The notes: generated by a model not told the origin, from the sequence alone. A DNA stretch of 39,664 nucleotides from Solobacterium sp. UBA3691 (GCA_002372175.1 DFIS01000080.1:1-39664); one strand, 5' to 3'. Shown: positions 17,651 through 27,253, numbered from the stretch's first letter. Numbers and translations: made by a program.

Positions 17651-19057
17651 TCACTCCACTGCGTAGATCACATCCAGAGGCTGATCCAGTCTGTCCAGTA
17701 CCTCGGCAACGATCTTATTCTTGTTTACCTTGATCTCGGCAGGAATACCGTTCATCTTATCAGCGATCTCCTTCAGTTCCTGCATCGTCTTCATCGGCAG
17801 CCTGGCCTTGGCAAACTGCTCAACGAGATCTTCTCTCTTCGGATTGACCGCAATACCATACTGTGTAACCAGGATATCCACATCCTTGCCGGGTGTAGAT
17901 ACCGTCAGTACTTTGTCTACGACGACCGGCATTCTGGCTCTGCTTACCGGAGCTACGATCATCGTCAGTTTCGCTTCTTCCGCCACATCGGTATGTCCGC
18001 CGGAGCCGCCGATGATATAACCACGGGAATCCGTATGTACATTGACGTTGAAATCCGTATCGATCTGGGTTGCGCCTAAGACAACAACATCCAGGTTTCT
18101 TGCGGCATTACTTTTAGCCGTAGGACTGGCATACTGTGTGGAAGAGATCTCGAAGTGACCGGGATCATCTCTTAACGATTCAACAGCCTTCAGGTCAAAG
18201 CACTGTACATCCTGGATCGCCTCAAAGAGTCCTTCTCTGTACATATCCACGATATAGCCGGTAATACCGCCGAGGGCATAGCTTCCCTTGATACCGCGTT
18301 CTTTCATGATGTCACGGACATATGCTGCACAGGCAAGCGAAGCCCCGCCGGCACCGGTCTGGAACGAGAAACCATCCTTCAGAAGACCTGAGGCATCGAT
18401 TGCCTTGGCCGCAAGCTCCGCAATACGCAGAGATACAGGGTCCTTTGTTACCTTTGTTGTGCTGGCAACGATACCCTGGGGATCACCGATCGCATCAACT
18501 TCGACAACATAGTCGACATAGTTTTCAGGTACCGAGAAATCCGTCAGAGGATACGGTACCAGGTTATCGGTAATGACAACAACTTTATCCGCAAAGTATG
18601 CATCCTCAAAGGCATAGCCTAGAGAACCGCAGGCAGACTTGCCGATCTTACCTGTAAAGTTACCCATCGGGTCACTTGTCGGTGCTGCGATAAACGCAAC
18701 ATCGATATGCGACTTGCCGGCAGCCAGTGAACTCGGTCTGCCTCCGTGTGTACGGAAGATCAGCGGCTTCTTCATATATCCTTCGGATACTGTCTTACCG
18801 ACTTCAATACTCATGTAGTTTGTCTCTACGCACGTTACGACACCGCTCTTGATATGTTCAGCCAACGGCGCATGTCCGGGATGGATCGAGCTGGCATTGA
18901 TCGTCAGATCCTTAAGACCGAGCTTGGCGATCTCATCCATGACCAGATTCAGCACAAAGTCACCGGAGCGCAGATGATGATGGAACGAGATGGTCATGCC
19001 ATCCCTGACACCCGCAAGCTTTACAGCTTCGGCAATACTTCCGACAAGTTTACTCAT
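17651..19057 (-). CDS. citF: Citrate lyase alpha subunit-like (citrate CoA-transferase family)
   Basis: 468-aa ORF with the CitF-typical N-terminus (GMTISFHHHLRSGD). It overlaps the citE stop by 4 nt. It is somewhat shorter than the ~510 aa typical of CitF. Confidence 0.75.
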   Translation of the reverse strand: MSKLVGSIAEAVKLAGVRDGMTISFHHHLRSGDFVLNLVMDEIAKLGLKDLTINASSIHPGHAPLAEHIKSGVVTCVETNYMSIEVGKTVSEGYMKKPLIFRTHGGRPSSLAAGKSHIDVAFIAAPTSDPMGNFTGKIGKSACGSLGYAFEDAYFADKVVVITDNLVPYPLTDFSVPENYVDYVVEVDAIGDPQGIVASTTKVTKDPVSLRIAELAAKAIDASGLLKDGFSFQTGAGGASLACAAYVRDIMKERGIKGSYALGGITGYIVDMYREGLFEAIQDVQCFDLKAVESLRDDPGHFEISSTQYASPTAKSNAARNLDVVVLGATQIDTDFNVNVHTDSRGYIIGGSGGHTDVAEEAKLTMIVAPVSRARMPVVVDKVLTVSTPGKDVDILVTQYGIAVNPKREDLVEQFAKARLPMKTMQELKEIADKMNGIPAEIKVNKNKIVAEVLDRLDQPLDVIYAVE

Positions 19058-19932
19058 ATTTCTTCTACCTCCATACCCATGGCTTTGGCGTTTTCCAGGA
19101 CCAGTCTTGCACGCATGACGATCGGTGCATCGACCATCTTACCGTTCAGGGATATCGCACCCTTGCCCTGTCTCTTGGCTTCTTCGATCGCTCTGAAGAC
19201 AGCCTTGGCATGATCAACCTCAGCAATCGTCGGGCTGAAGATACGGTTGACAGTCTCTACGTGTCTCGGGGAGATAACCGCCTTTCCGGTATAGCCGAGG
19301 CTCTTCGCAAAGGCCGCATCTTTTGCCAGGCCTTCCAGATCTTCGACATCGGTAAACGGTGTATCGTAGGCTTCAATACCGGCAGCTCTTGCGGCTGTGA
19401 CGAGTCTTCCTCTGGCGTAGAGGATCTCGTTGCCTTCCTTGGTACGCTTGCATCTGAGATCTGCGGTGAGGTCTTCCGCACCGAGATACAGAGCTTCCAT
19501 ACGCGGTGTGCTCGTGGCGATCGCAAAGGCATTCTCAATACCAATCGCTGTCTCCAGCAGCGGGATCAGCTTGATCGTACCTACCGGAATACCACATTTC
19601 TCTTCGATCTCATCCATCTTCGCAGACAGTGTCCTGCAGTACTCGGCACCGCTGACCTTGGTAGGCATGATCATATCCGGCTTCAGCGGGATCACCGCTT
19701 CCAGATCATCCACCCAGTACGGTGTATCCAGCGCATTGATACGGACAATGATCTCGCATCCGCCGAAGTCTACAGACTCCAGGGCATTCTTTACGAGTTC
19801 TCTTGCGGCATCCTTCTGATCCGGTGCTACAGCATCCTCGAGGTCGAGAATGACACTGTCAGAGCCCAGAATACCGCCGTTAATGATCATATTCGGGTTA
19901 TTACCCGGCAGAAACATCATCGTACGTCTCAT
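19054..19932 (-). CDS. citE: Citrate lyase beta subunit-like (citryl-CoA lyase, HpcH/HpaI aldolase family)
   Basis: I moved the start to the ATG at 19932 (GAAGGAGGA RBS, 1 nt after the citD stop). The N-terminus RRTMMFLPGNNPNMI...DSVILDLEDAV is typical of CitE. Confidence 0.8.
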   Translation of the reverse strand: MRRTMMFLPGNNPNMIINGGILGSDSVILDLEDAVAPDQKDAARELVKNALESVDFGGCEIIVRINALDTPYWVDDLEAVIPLKPDMIMPTKVSGAEYCRTLSAKMDEIEEKCGIPVGTIKLIPLLETAIGIENAFAIATSTPRMEALYLGAEDLTADLRCKRTKEGNEILYARGRLVTAARAAGIEAYDTPFTDVEDLEGLAKDAAFAKSLGYTGKAVISPRHVETVNRIFSPTIAEVDHAKAVFRAIEEAKRQGKGAISLNGKMVDAPIVMRARLVLENAKAMGMEVEEI

Positions 19933-19933
19933 G

Positions 19934-20203
19934 TCAGTCCTCCTTCGAAGAACGGACAAGCGCCGTCTTCAGTCTTGCCTTGATCGTACAGTCCAGAGCA
20001 CCGTGGTCAACAGCACTGACCTGTACCGAGTCCACGCCCTCTGCCCGCAGAACATCTTCGATCACGCGAATAATTGCGTCGTGGTAGTACATGTCCACCG
20101 TGGAGTCAAGATCGATCGCTACCTCACCGTTGCCGGGTGCCACCGTGATCATGACATCACTGGATTCCAGTGTACCGCACACTGCAGGATGTTTAATTAT
20201 CAT
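19934..20203 (-). CDS. citD: Citrate lyase acyl carrier protein (gamma subunit)
   Basis: I moved the start to the ATG at 20203 (GGAGGA RBS). The 89-aa protein begins MIIKHPAVCGTLESSDVMITV, which carries the conserved prosthetic-group serine context (LESSD). Confidence 0.8.
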   Translation of the reverse strand: MIIKHPAVCGTLESSDVMITVAPGNGEVAIDLDSTVDMYYHDAIIRVIEDVLRAEGVDSVQVSAVDHGALDCTIKARLKTALVRSSKED

Positions 20204-20217
20204 ACGTATGTCCTCCG

Positions 20218-20245
20218 TTCTGTATACTGTTAAATGTATACATTT
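20218..20245. promoter_or_regulatory. Two TGTATAC-core boxes including a perfect 14-bp palindrome; candidate GntR/FCD operator
   Basis: The boxes are ttctgtatactg (20218-20229) and aaatgtatacattt (20232-20245, a perfect palindrome). They lie in the divergent citD/GntR intergenic region and overlap a TTGACA (20244-20249)-16 nt-TACAAT (20266-20271) plus-strand promoter. Confidence 0.5.
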
Positions 20246-20340
20246 GACATTCTCAAAATACCACATACAATATATCTAGGCAACAAAATATTGTCATGAC
20301 ATCACGGAATACTCCGATGAACCACAGGAAAGAGGCAAGT

Positions 20341-20985
20341 ATGCGAGCATTAACAAACAATCTGACCAAAGACAGAGTCGTTGCCGAACTGCGCAAGGAG
20401 ATCCTGTACGGCAGCTATGAACCCGGTGATACCCTGTATCAGGAGAAGATCGCCGAAGAACTCGGTGTATCCAGACTCCCTGTACGGGAAGCTTTTCAGA
20501 TCCTGCACAATGAAGGACTGATCACCGTCAAGCCCAACAAGGTAGCCTATGTCAACGAGATCTCTCTGGACTTCCTGCGTGATCATTTCGCCGTCAGAGC
20601 CCTGATGGAGAAGGAAGCCGCTAGACTCGCCTGTGTCAACGGTATCGACACTGCCCCGCTGTACGAAGAATACAGGAAGGCCGAAACAGCGATCGCACGC
20701 GGAGACCTCTCTGCCTTCGACGACAGTAATCATGCGATCCATGCCATGATCTGGGAAGCGGCCGGCAATGTCGTCCTGGAGAGAATGATCTCTTCGATCT
20801 GGAATACGATGATCAGCAGTGAGGAGACTGCTCTGGAATATGCCAAAGCATCCAACCGTGATCATTTACAGATCATTGAAGCTCTTGAGAAAAGAGACAC
20901 GGAAGCTGCCATGACCCTCAGTGAGAACCATGTCAGACGAAGCTATGAAAGGATCCGCAAACGGATCTGTAAAACCGTGAAGTAG
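20341..20985 (+). CDS. GntR family transcriptional regulator, FCD (FadR C-terminal) subfamily
   Basis: I placed the start at the ATG at 20341 (AGGAAAGAGG RBS). The winged HTH is IAEELGVSRLPVREAFQILHNEGLI and is followed by an all-helical C-terminal domain. The gene is divergent from citDEF. Confidence 0.85.
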   Translation: MRALTNNLTKDRVVAELRKEILYGSYEPGDTLYQEKIAEELGVSRLPVREAFQILHNEGLITVKPNKVAYVNEISLDFLRDHFAVRALMEKEAARLACVNGIDTAPLYEEYRKAETAIARGDLSAFDDSNHAIHAMIWEAAGNVVLERMISSIWNTMISSEETALEYAKASNRDHLQIIEALEKRDTEAAMTLSENHVRRSYERIRKRICKTVK

Positions 20986-20987
20986 AC

Positions 20988-21012
20988 AAAAGCCGGTCGA
21001 TTGACCGGCTTT
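20988..21012. terminator. Bidirectional rho-independent terminator between convergent genes
   Basis: aaagccggtc-gatt-gaccggcttt forms a perfect 10-bp GC-rich stem, flanked by an A-run on one side and T's on the other. Confidence 0.7.
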
Positions 21013-21030
21013 ACTGTCCTCAGATATATA

Positions 21031-22095
21031 CTAATTATTCCTGGCATACAGTGCCTGCATTCTCTCATAGAATGCCGGATTCTCATCACCGTACTGTTTC
21101 TGGCACTCATCCAGAGCAGCCTTGTACAGACTCGTATTGATATGATTGTCGATATTGATACGGATACCCTGTGCATCCAGGAGACCCAGACGCTTCATGT
21201 AAGCCCAGGCTCTCTTTACCGAACTCCTCATCGGATCGGTATTGACCTCAAACCTCGGATTATCCATGAATGCCCTGACATGTTCCTCATCTTCACCAAG
21301 CTGCTCAGCCATCAGCTTTACAGCCTCCTCATGATGTGTCTCATAGTAAGCCATAGCCCGGATCCACGCCTTCATCAGGCCCTTCACCGCCTCCGGGTTT
21401 TCTTCTACCCACGAAGTCAGTGCCTCCGAACGGCAGCACGAATAGTCAGGCAGGACATCACTCGCATACGTCAGGATCTTGAGATTGGGATTCGTATTGA
21501 TCTCATAATTTAATCCCGTACCGACAAGTCCGAAATCCGCTTCACCCGACTCCACCGCCGCAATACGCTCTTCCTGATTCTCTGTCTCGAGCCAGGTGAC
21601 CTCCTTCAGCGGATCATAGCGCATCTCCAGCAGAGGACCGGTGATCGCGTAGAGGTTCGGCTCCCAGGCAACCGTCTTACCGATGATATCTTCAATGCCG
21701 TGCCATTCCGCATCAGCCCGCCCGAATACAGGCATACAGCCGGTAAGCAGATAGCCGCCGAAGATCGTCAGATCCATGCCCTCAGAGATATGCTGAAGAG
21801 GCAGATTCGTACCGGAATTGGTCGCAATATCGATCGTACCGTTCCTGATACCTTCAAATACTTCGATATCATTCTGTACTTTGACATATTCAATGATGAT
21901 GCCCTCATCCTTCAGGTACCCCTGTGCCTCTGCGATCGCTGTCAGCACATGCCCGTTGGGATGATCCGCAAGCCGTACCGTGATTATCTCCCGCGGTGTT
22001 TCTTCGGGGATATCCTCCTGCGGTTTTTCCGTACAGCCGGAGACTGTCAGCACACTGCTCAGGAGCACTGCCGCAATCATACTGCGTTTATTCAT
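21031..22095 (-). CDS. ABC-type substrate-binding lipoprotein (NMT1/THI5-, SsuA/TauA-like)
   Basis: 354-aa ORF with a lipoprotein signal peptide ending LTVSGC. The fold call comes from general similarity to nitrate/sulfonate/bicarbonate-type SBPs. No permease or ATPase gene is adjacent. Its start overlaps the upstream MscS-like gene by 8 nt. Confidence 0.65.
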   Translation of the reverse strand: MNKRSMIAAVLLSSVLTVSGCTEKPQEDIPEETPREIITVRLADHPNGHVLTAIAEAQGYLKDEGIIIEYVKVQNDIEVFEGIRNGTIDIATNSGTNLPLQHISEGMDLTIFGGYLLTGCMPVFGRADAEWHGIEDIIGKTVAWEPNLYAITGPLLEMRYDPLKEVTWLETENQEERIAAVESGEADFGLVGTGLNYEINTNPNLKILTYASDVLPDYSCCRSEALTSWVEENPEAVKGLMKAWIRAMAYYETHHEEAVKLMAEQLGEDEEHVRAFMDNPRFEVNTDPMRSSVKRAWAYMKRLGLLDAQGIRINIDNHINTSLYKAALDECQKQYGDENPAFYERMQALYARNN

Positions 22096-25000
22096 GTTTC
22101 ACAGCCTCCTCATTTGCCCTGGCTTCCTCTTCGGCCTTGAAATCCTCGATCGTCTTACGTCCGCTCATATCCAGCTGGGATATCGTTACATTCGGGAACG
22201 GTACATTGATACCGTTTCTGTAGAAGATCTTCAGCACCTCCGCATTCAGGTATCTGTTCATGCCCTTGACATCCTTCTCAAAGCACTTGCAGATGACCAG
22301 GACATCGATACCGCTGGCCCCGAGATTGGAAACACCCAGATATGTAGGACCATCCAGGATCAGATCATTCTTCTCTCTCAATGCCGGCAGTTCACGCTTC
22401 ATGACAGCTTCCACATAGTCGATATCCTGTCCGTATTCGATACTGATCGTTGCCGAAGCGATCGAAGCTTCCTTCGTCATGTTCAGTACACCGGAGATAT
22501 GACTGTTGTTGTAGATCTTGATATTTCCGCCGGGCGCCTGGATCTTGGTCGTACGCAGACCGATATCCATGACCGTACCTCTGGTACCGTCGATCGTCAC
22601 GATATCACCGACCCGGAATTCTCCCTCAAAGACGATGAAGATACCGGCAATGATATCCGTGATCAGACTCTGGGCGCCAAGACCGATGACAAGTGACAGA
22701 ATACCGGCACTGGCCAGAACGTTGCTCGAATCCATACCCACAAGATACAGACAGTAGAAGAAGGCACCGATGGCACCGCCGTACTTCAGCACCGACAGTA
22801 ACAGATGACCCAGGGTCTCACCTCTCGTGCCAAACAGCGACACAACAAGCTGTATCGGGAATCTGCACAGGGATACACCGACGATCGCCACGGTCATGAT
22901 CAGCACACAGGAAGTCAGCGCAAAGATATTCCATCCTCTGTCCCAGGAACTGTAGACGATATACTTGATGATCGACTTTCTGTGGATCAGACTATCCGCC
23001 CCAAGTACGGAGATCAGCACATAGATCATCAGCAGGATACAGATGATCTTGATCATTAACATCAGTTTCTGTTCGGGACTGCGCTCACTCCATGATAAAC
23101 GGCGATTGCTCCAGCGTGCTGCCGCCGTCACCGTCGAAGCCGTCCGTCCGGAAGGAAGAATAATACTGTAGACAGCCGCATTGTTTCCGCTCTCCATCTC
23201 CTTATTGAGGGACTCGTAGAGCTTCTCTTCTTCTCTGTCTGTCAGCGTGATCGTTAACGACAGGATCAGGATCAGCACAAAGCAGATCACCGACGTGATC
23301 AGGGCGATCGGCAGACGTGCCGCAAACATACTGCTGCGCGGTATTGCCGTACAGATATAGTATCCGTCAAGGTAACGGAAATACTGGAAGTATGTCTCCG
23401 TACCGATCCGGTTAAAGCCAAAGTAATTCTCACTCAGGAAGGCCTTGTCAGGAATGCCGAGATCTGCGGCCTTCTTGCCGACATTCACTTCCAGCGGTGA
23501 ATACAGACATATATGATCATCGGTCGTATCAAACATGGCAATGGAACCGCCGTCCAGCATATTCGAAGACAGAATACTGGACACATCCGTAGCCTCCAGC
23601 AGTGAATCTGTCAGTGAATCATCCAATTCGATCTGGATCATCGACCGGTGTGCCGTAATACTGCCTTCTTCCGTCTCTGTCAGCCCGGATCCGTTGATCA
23701 TATCCTCATATTCAAACCGGGAAACATACAGTGTCTCCCCGTTTTCATCCTTTGCGGTATAGTAGTGGAATACCGTACCGATATACCGGGATGTCTTACC
23801 GAGATCATTGACCATCCTCTCCTGGATATAGCTGTCTTTCCTGCCGTCGATCACATCCAGGAACGGATAGGACTGATCTCCTTCATTATGACTGATCCGG
23901 AAGAACCAGTTCGGTGTACTTGTCGCAATGGTCCTGCCGTTTTCATCATAGATATAGATCTCATTGATGCCGTTAACCTCACACAGCTTCTTCAAAGCCT
24001 GTGAATTGGCCACAGACTTCAGTCTGTTGCCCTCATCATCTGTCAGATATACTTTATTGTTGTCTTCATCATAGATACTGTGATATCTGTCTGACTCTTC
24101 ATTCAGGATCGCAGGGTCTTCCTCCGCGCCAAGTGAGACAAGGGCTGCCGTCGTCAGGAAACGCCTGTCGTGGTACTGGTTGATCAGCTGCCGGCTCTCC
24201 TGGCTCTCCTCATATCTGCCGATCACTTCCTGCAGGGCAACTTCCGACTTCTCGATGCCTTCCGTCACCTCCAGCAGTGTCTGTGTATAGAACGACAGGC
24301 CGAACATGGCCATGATGCCCGTAAGCAGCAGCGGGAAGATCTTCTTGAATATGGACTTATCCAGGTAGATCGGATCTTTCGAATTACCGCGCAGGACGAT
24401 CCTGTCGGTCTGTACCTCCCGGCGGACAAAGTCATTGCGCACAATGACCGCATATGCCAGACACAGGATCATGATGACATTAAAGGCCAGGACTGACCAG
24501 AAAGCAACATAATTGACATCCTCACGGATCATGTCATATTCTGCTGCCGCCAAGATCACCGTATGATCCGGAAGCTCCTCGGTAACCACATAATACTCAT
24601 GACCGCCGATTCTCTGCGTACCTCTGTATCCTGCTGTCAGCGCCTCTTCCGTAAGTCCGCTGTTGGCTGTCTTCTGTCCTGTTAACAGCTGATCTCCGCT
24701 GTTGTAATACCTGAAGATCCTGTCGGAGGGATCCACAGCGAAAAGGAAACCGTCGTTGATCACGGCTGCACGCTTCAGCACCGACTCAACATTCGTCAGC
24801 TCTTCCGTCTGATGATCCAGAATATCTGCTTCGGCACCGATCGCCAGGACATACTCCTGATCCTCATACCGGTATGGCTTTGCGTAGAAATAAAAGATAC
24901 CGAACCGGTTTTTCACCCGCACATATGCCGGCGCATCAGTACCGCCTGCGGCACATGCCAGCAGTTCGTTGACATTCTCCTGGGTCATATATGCAGGAAC

Positions 25001-25465
25001 AGCCGGATTCAGCCCGATCAGCGCTTCGTCCGGAGATAACAGCACCGTCCCGTCCTGATCCATCAAAAACAGCAGCTTCGTCTGTGAACGTTCGGCAATA
25101 TTCGCAAAGATCTCCGCCTGTATCATACTGTCCGCATCCTGCATTGACGCAAACAGCCCGTTCGACAGGATCATCTCCACATCATCCAGCATCTGCCGGT
25201 TGCCCGCATGAAAGACTTCAGTCAGCTCTTCCGCACTCTCCCGGTTCCTCTCGATCACTGCCGACACCTGCTCGATCGCCTGCAAACTGTTCTGTTCCTG
25301 TTTCCGCAGAGATGCTGTTACCTGCATTTTCCGCAGCAGAATACTGATCAGTGCCGATCCCACCAGCAGCAGGATAACATTAAAAGCCATCTTCGCGAAA
25401 AAGTAGACATTCGCGCGTCTCTTTGTCTTATTCTTCTGTTCTGTCACCTTGGTATCTTCACTCAT
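22088..25465 (-). CDS. Large mechanosensitive-channel (MscS) family protein with two extended extracytoplasmic sensor-like regions
   Basis: 1125-aa ORF. The C-terminal MscS core is GLGAQSLITDIIAGIFIVFEGEFRVGDIVTIDGTRGTVMDIGLRTTKIQ. There are several TM helices and two long non-hydrophobic regions between TM segments. Confidence 0.8.
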   Translation of the reverse strand: MSEDTKVTEQKNKTKRRANVYFFAKMAFNVILLLVGSALISILLRKMQVTASLRKQEQNSLQAIEQVSAVIERNRESAEELTEVFHAGNRQMLDDVEMILSNGLFASMQDADSMIQAEIFANIAERSQTKLLFLMDQDGTVLLSPDEALIGLNPAVPAYMTQENVNELLACAAGGTDAPAYVRVKNRFGIFYFYAKPYRYEDQEYVLAIGAEADILDHQTEELTNVESVLKRAAVINDGFLFAVDPSDRIFRYYNSGDQLLTGQKTANSGLTEEALTAGYRGTQRIGGHEYYVVTEELPDHTVILAAAEYDMIREDVNYVAFWSVLAFNVIMILCLAYAVIVRNDFVRREVQTDRIVLRGNSKDPIYLDKSIFKKIFPLLLTGIMAMFGLSFYTQTLLEVTEGIEKSEVALQEVIGRYEESQESRQLINQYHDRRFLTTAALVSLGAEEDPAILNEESDRYHSIYDEDNNKVYLTDDEGNRLKSVANSQALKKLCEVNGINEIYIYDENGRTIATSTPNWFFRISHNEGDQSYPFLDVIDGRKDSYIQERMVNDLGKTSRYIGTVFHYYTAKDENGETLYVSRFEYEDMINGSGLTETEEGSITAHRSMIQIELDDSLTDSLLEATDVSSILSSNMLDGGSIAMFDTTDDHICLYSPLEVNVGKKAADLGIPDKAFLSENYFGFNRIGTETYFQYFRYLDGYYICTAIPRSSMFAARLPIALITSVICFVLILILSLTITLTDREEEKLYESLNKEMESGNNAAVYSIILPSGRTASTVTAAARWSNRRLSWSERSPEQKLMLMIKIICILLMIYVLISVLGADSLIHRKSIIKYIVYSSWDRGWNIFALTSCVLIMTVAIVGVSLCRFPIQLVVSLFGTRGETLGHLLLSVLKYGGAIGAFFYCLYLVGMDSSNVLASAGILSLVIGLGAQSLITDIIAGIFIVFEGEFRVGDIVTIDGTRGTVMDIGLRTTKIQAPGGNIKIYNNSHISGVLNMTKEASIASATISIEYGQDIDYVEAVMKRELPALREKNDLILDGPTYLGVSNLGASGIDVLVICKCFEKDVKGMNRYLNAEVLKIFYRNGINVPFPNVTISQLDMSGRKTIEDFKAEEEARANEEAVKHE

Positions 25466-25514
25466 ATTCGATATTATCTGTATTTTAGATTATATACCGC
25501 AAATAAGTCTCTGC

Positions 25515-26156
25515 TCAATGCGCAGGTTCATAATGACGCACCGGGAATGTAAAGAATGTCTCCGGATACGGTTCCTGCGCCAAGGTAAAGTGCCACCACT
25601 CCTCTGCCAGAGGCACAAACCCGTGTCTTTCCATGGCATCCCTGAGAAGTTTCCGGTTTCTCTTCTGTCTCTCCGAAAGCCCTGCATATGCATAATGACT
25701 GCGTTCTCCGAAGTAATCAAAGATACCGCCCATATCGATATCCTCCCCGGTCATCCTGTCGGTCAGGGTCAGATCCACGGTACTCCCGCGGCTGTGTCCG
25801 GAATGTTTACTGACATACCCAAGAGGGATGATCTCTCTTTTCTCCGTATCGGGATAGAAGATATCCTTCATCCGGATATCCCCCGGATCCTCTGCCCAGC
25901 GCACAAAGTGATCCACGGCCTGCTGAGGACGGTAGGCATCATAGATCTTCAGTCTGTACCCTTTTGCATATACTTCATCACTGACTTCCTTCAGCGCATA
26001 CGCCGCTTCCCGCGTCAGTAATGCTGCAGGCTCCTCATAGCCGCAGATCCTCTCCCCGACAAAGTTAAATGACGTATAATACCTGATCTCCGTGATCACT
26101 TCGGGAATGATATCCCGGATATTCACAAAGTCTGATCTGTCATCCGCATACTTCAT
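25515..26156 (-). CDS. D-alanyl-D-alanine dipeptidase (VanX/DdpX, peptidase M15D)
   Basis: 213-aa ORF with the zinc/catalytic motifs SKHSGHSRGSTVDLTL and EEWWHF characteristic of VanX-type dipeptidases. Confidence 0.8.
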   Translation of the reverse strand: MKYADDRSDFVNIRDIIPEVITEIRYYTSFNFVGERICGYEEPAALLTREAAYALKEVSDEVYAKGYRLKIYDAYRPQQAVDHFVRWAEDPGDIRMKDIFYPDTEKREIIPLGYVSKHSGHSRGSTVDLTLTDRMTGEDIDMGGIFDYFGERSHYAYAGLSERQKRNRKLLRDAMERHGFVPLAEEWWHFTLAQEPYPETFFTFPVRHYEPAH

Positions 26157-26184
26157 ATTTTTATCTCTTCACACCTGCCCGTGA

Positions 26185-26493
26185 TCACATGATCCTGATC
26201 AGAAACATGTATATGACCGTACCGGCCAGGATACTGATGATCGAATTGCGCTTCCACACATGTGTCAGGACAACGCACACAGACGCGATCAGCTCCGGTA
26301 TACCGTACGGATAGCTTAGAACAGCCGTATCCTTCAGACAGTATACCACCAGCATGCCGATGATCGCCTGCGGGAGAACCTTGCCAAGATAACTGATGTA
26401 TGCCGGTGTATGTCTGCGGAAGACAAGAAACGGCAGGAATCTCAGCAGGATCGTTACGGCAGCCATCACTGCCACAAGCACAGCCGCCCTCAT
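26185..26493 (-). CDS. azlD: AzlD family branched-chain amino acid transport protein
   Basis: I moved the start to the ATG at 26493, which overlaps the azlC stop (ATGA). The ~102-aa product is hydrophobic. The upstream extension of the track ORF overlaps azlC and is D/G-rich. Confidence 0.75.
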   Translation of the reverse strand: MRAAVLVAVMAAVTILLRFLPFLVFRRHTPAYISYLGKVLPQAIIGMLVVYCLKDTAVLSYPYGIPELIASVCVVLTHVWKRNSIISILAGTVIYMFLIRIM

Positions 26494-27173
26494 ACCCGTT
26501 TCTCCATCCTTCCCCGCAGAAGTGTCAGCACCAGTGTAATCACCAGCATCGCCGGGATCAGGAATCTCTCCGGTCCGAACAGGATCAGACACACAAGCGT
26601 GCTGAAAAGCCCCGTCAGTGCCGAGACATGATCATGTGTATTCAGCCACTGCTCCGTAAACGACGCAATGAACAATGCTGTCATGGAGAACTCGATACCG
26701 GCCGTAGAAAACGGAATGACAGCCCCTAGCAGACTTCCCAGAACACATCCGGTGATCCAGTAGCTGTAATTGAACATGGAGACCAGAAAACGGTAGAGAT
26801 CCGCATGTTCACGGTCCGGTGTATCCCCGTCGCAAAGCAGGGAGTACGTTTCATCGGTCAGCGTAAAGATCATATACGGCTTATACTTACCGGCATCCTT
26901 ATATGTATCGATCATCGAGATGCTGTAGAACAAGTGCCTGGCATTGACCATGAGCGTTGTGATCGCAGTCGTCAGCACCGACGCTCCGCCTGCCAGAAGA
27001 CTCACCCCGACATACTGCATCGATCCCGCGTAGATAAACGCTCCCATTGCAAATGACCAGAGCACACCGAAACCGGCATTCCGCAGCAGAATGCCAAAGC
27101 CTATGCTCAGTACGATATAACCCGCCATGACCGGCAGGGAACGCAGAAATGCCTGCTTAACGATCCTGCCCAT
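26490..27173 (-). CDS. azlC: AzlC family branched-chain amino acid exporter subunit
   Basis: 227-aa polytopic ORF with an AzlC-like sequence (LPVMAGYIVLSIGFGILL...) and the typical azlC-azlD pairing. Confidence 0.8.
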   Translation of the reverse strand: MGRIVKQAFLRSLPVMAGYIVLSIGFGILLRNAGFGVLWSFAMGAFIYAGSMQYVGVSLLAGGASVLTTAITTLMVNARHLFYSISMIDTYKDAGKYKPYMIFTLTDETYSLLCDGDTPDREHADLYRFLVSMFNYSYWITGCVLGSLLGAVIPFSTAGIEFSMTALFIASFTEQWLNTHDHVSALTGLFSTLVCLILFGPERFLIPAMLVITLVLTLLRGRMEKRV

Positions 27174-27198
27174 GCGTTACCTCTCCAAGACTCATGCA

Positions 27199-27253
27199 TA
27201 TATTGTACACAACGGAAAACTTTACAGTATACTCATTCTGTATATATCAGTAC
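27199..27253. promoter_or_regulatory. Two operator-like boxes related to those upstream of the LeuCD-like and citD operons
   Basis: atattgtacacaa (27199-27211) differs by 1 nt from atattgtatacaa at 29080. attctgtatatatcagtac (27235-27253) shares attctgtata with 29154 and ttctgtata with 20218. Confidence 0.4.

Noticed and set aside
19210-19983. 257-aa plus-strand ORF
   Set aside because: It is antisense to citE, which has strong family motifs. It has no RBS and an R/C/S-rich nonsense-like composition.
21001-22696. Plus-strand ORFs of 170, 146 and 238 aa
   Set aside because: They are antisense shadows of the SBP and MscS-family genes. I saw no motifs and their composition is atypical.
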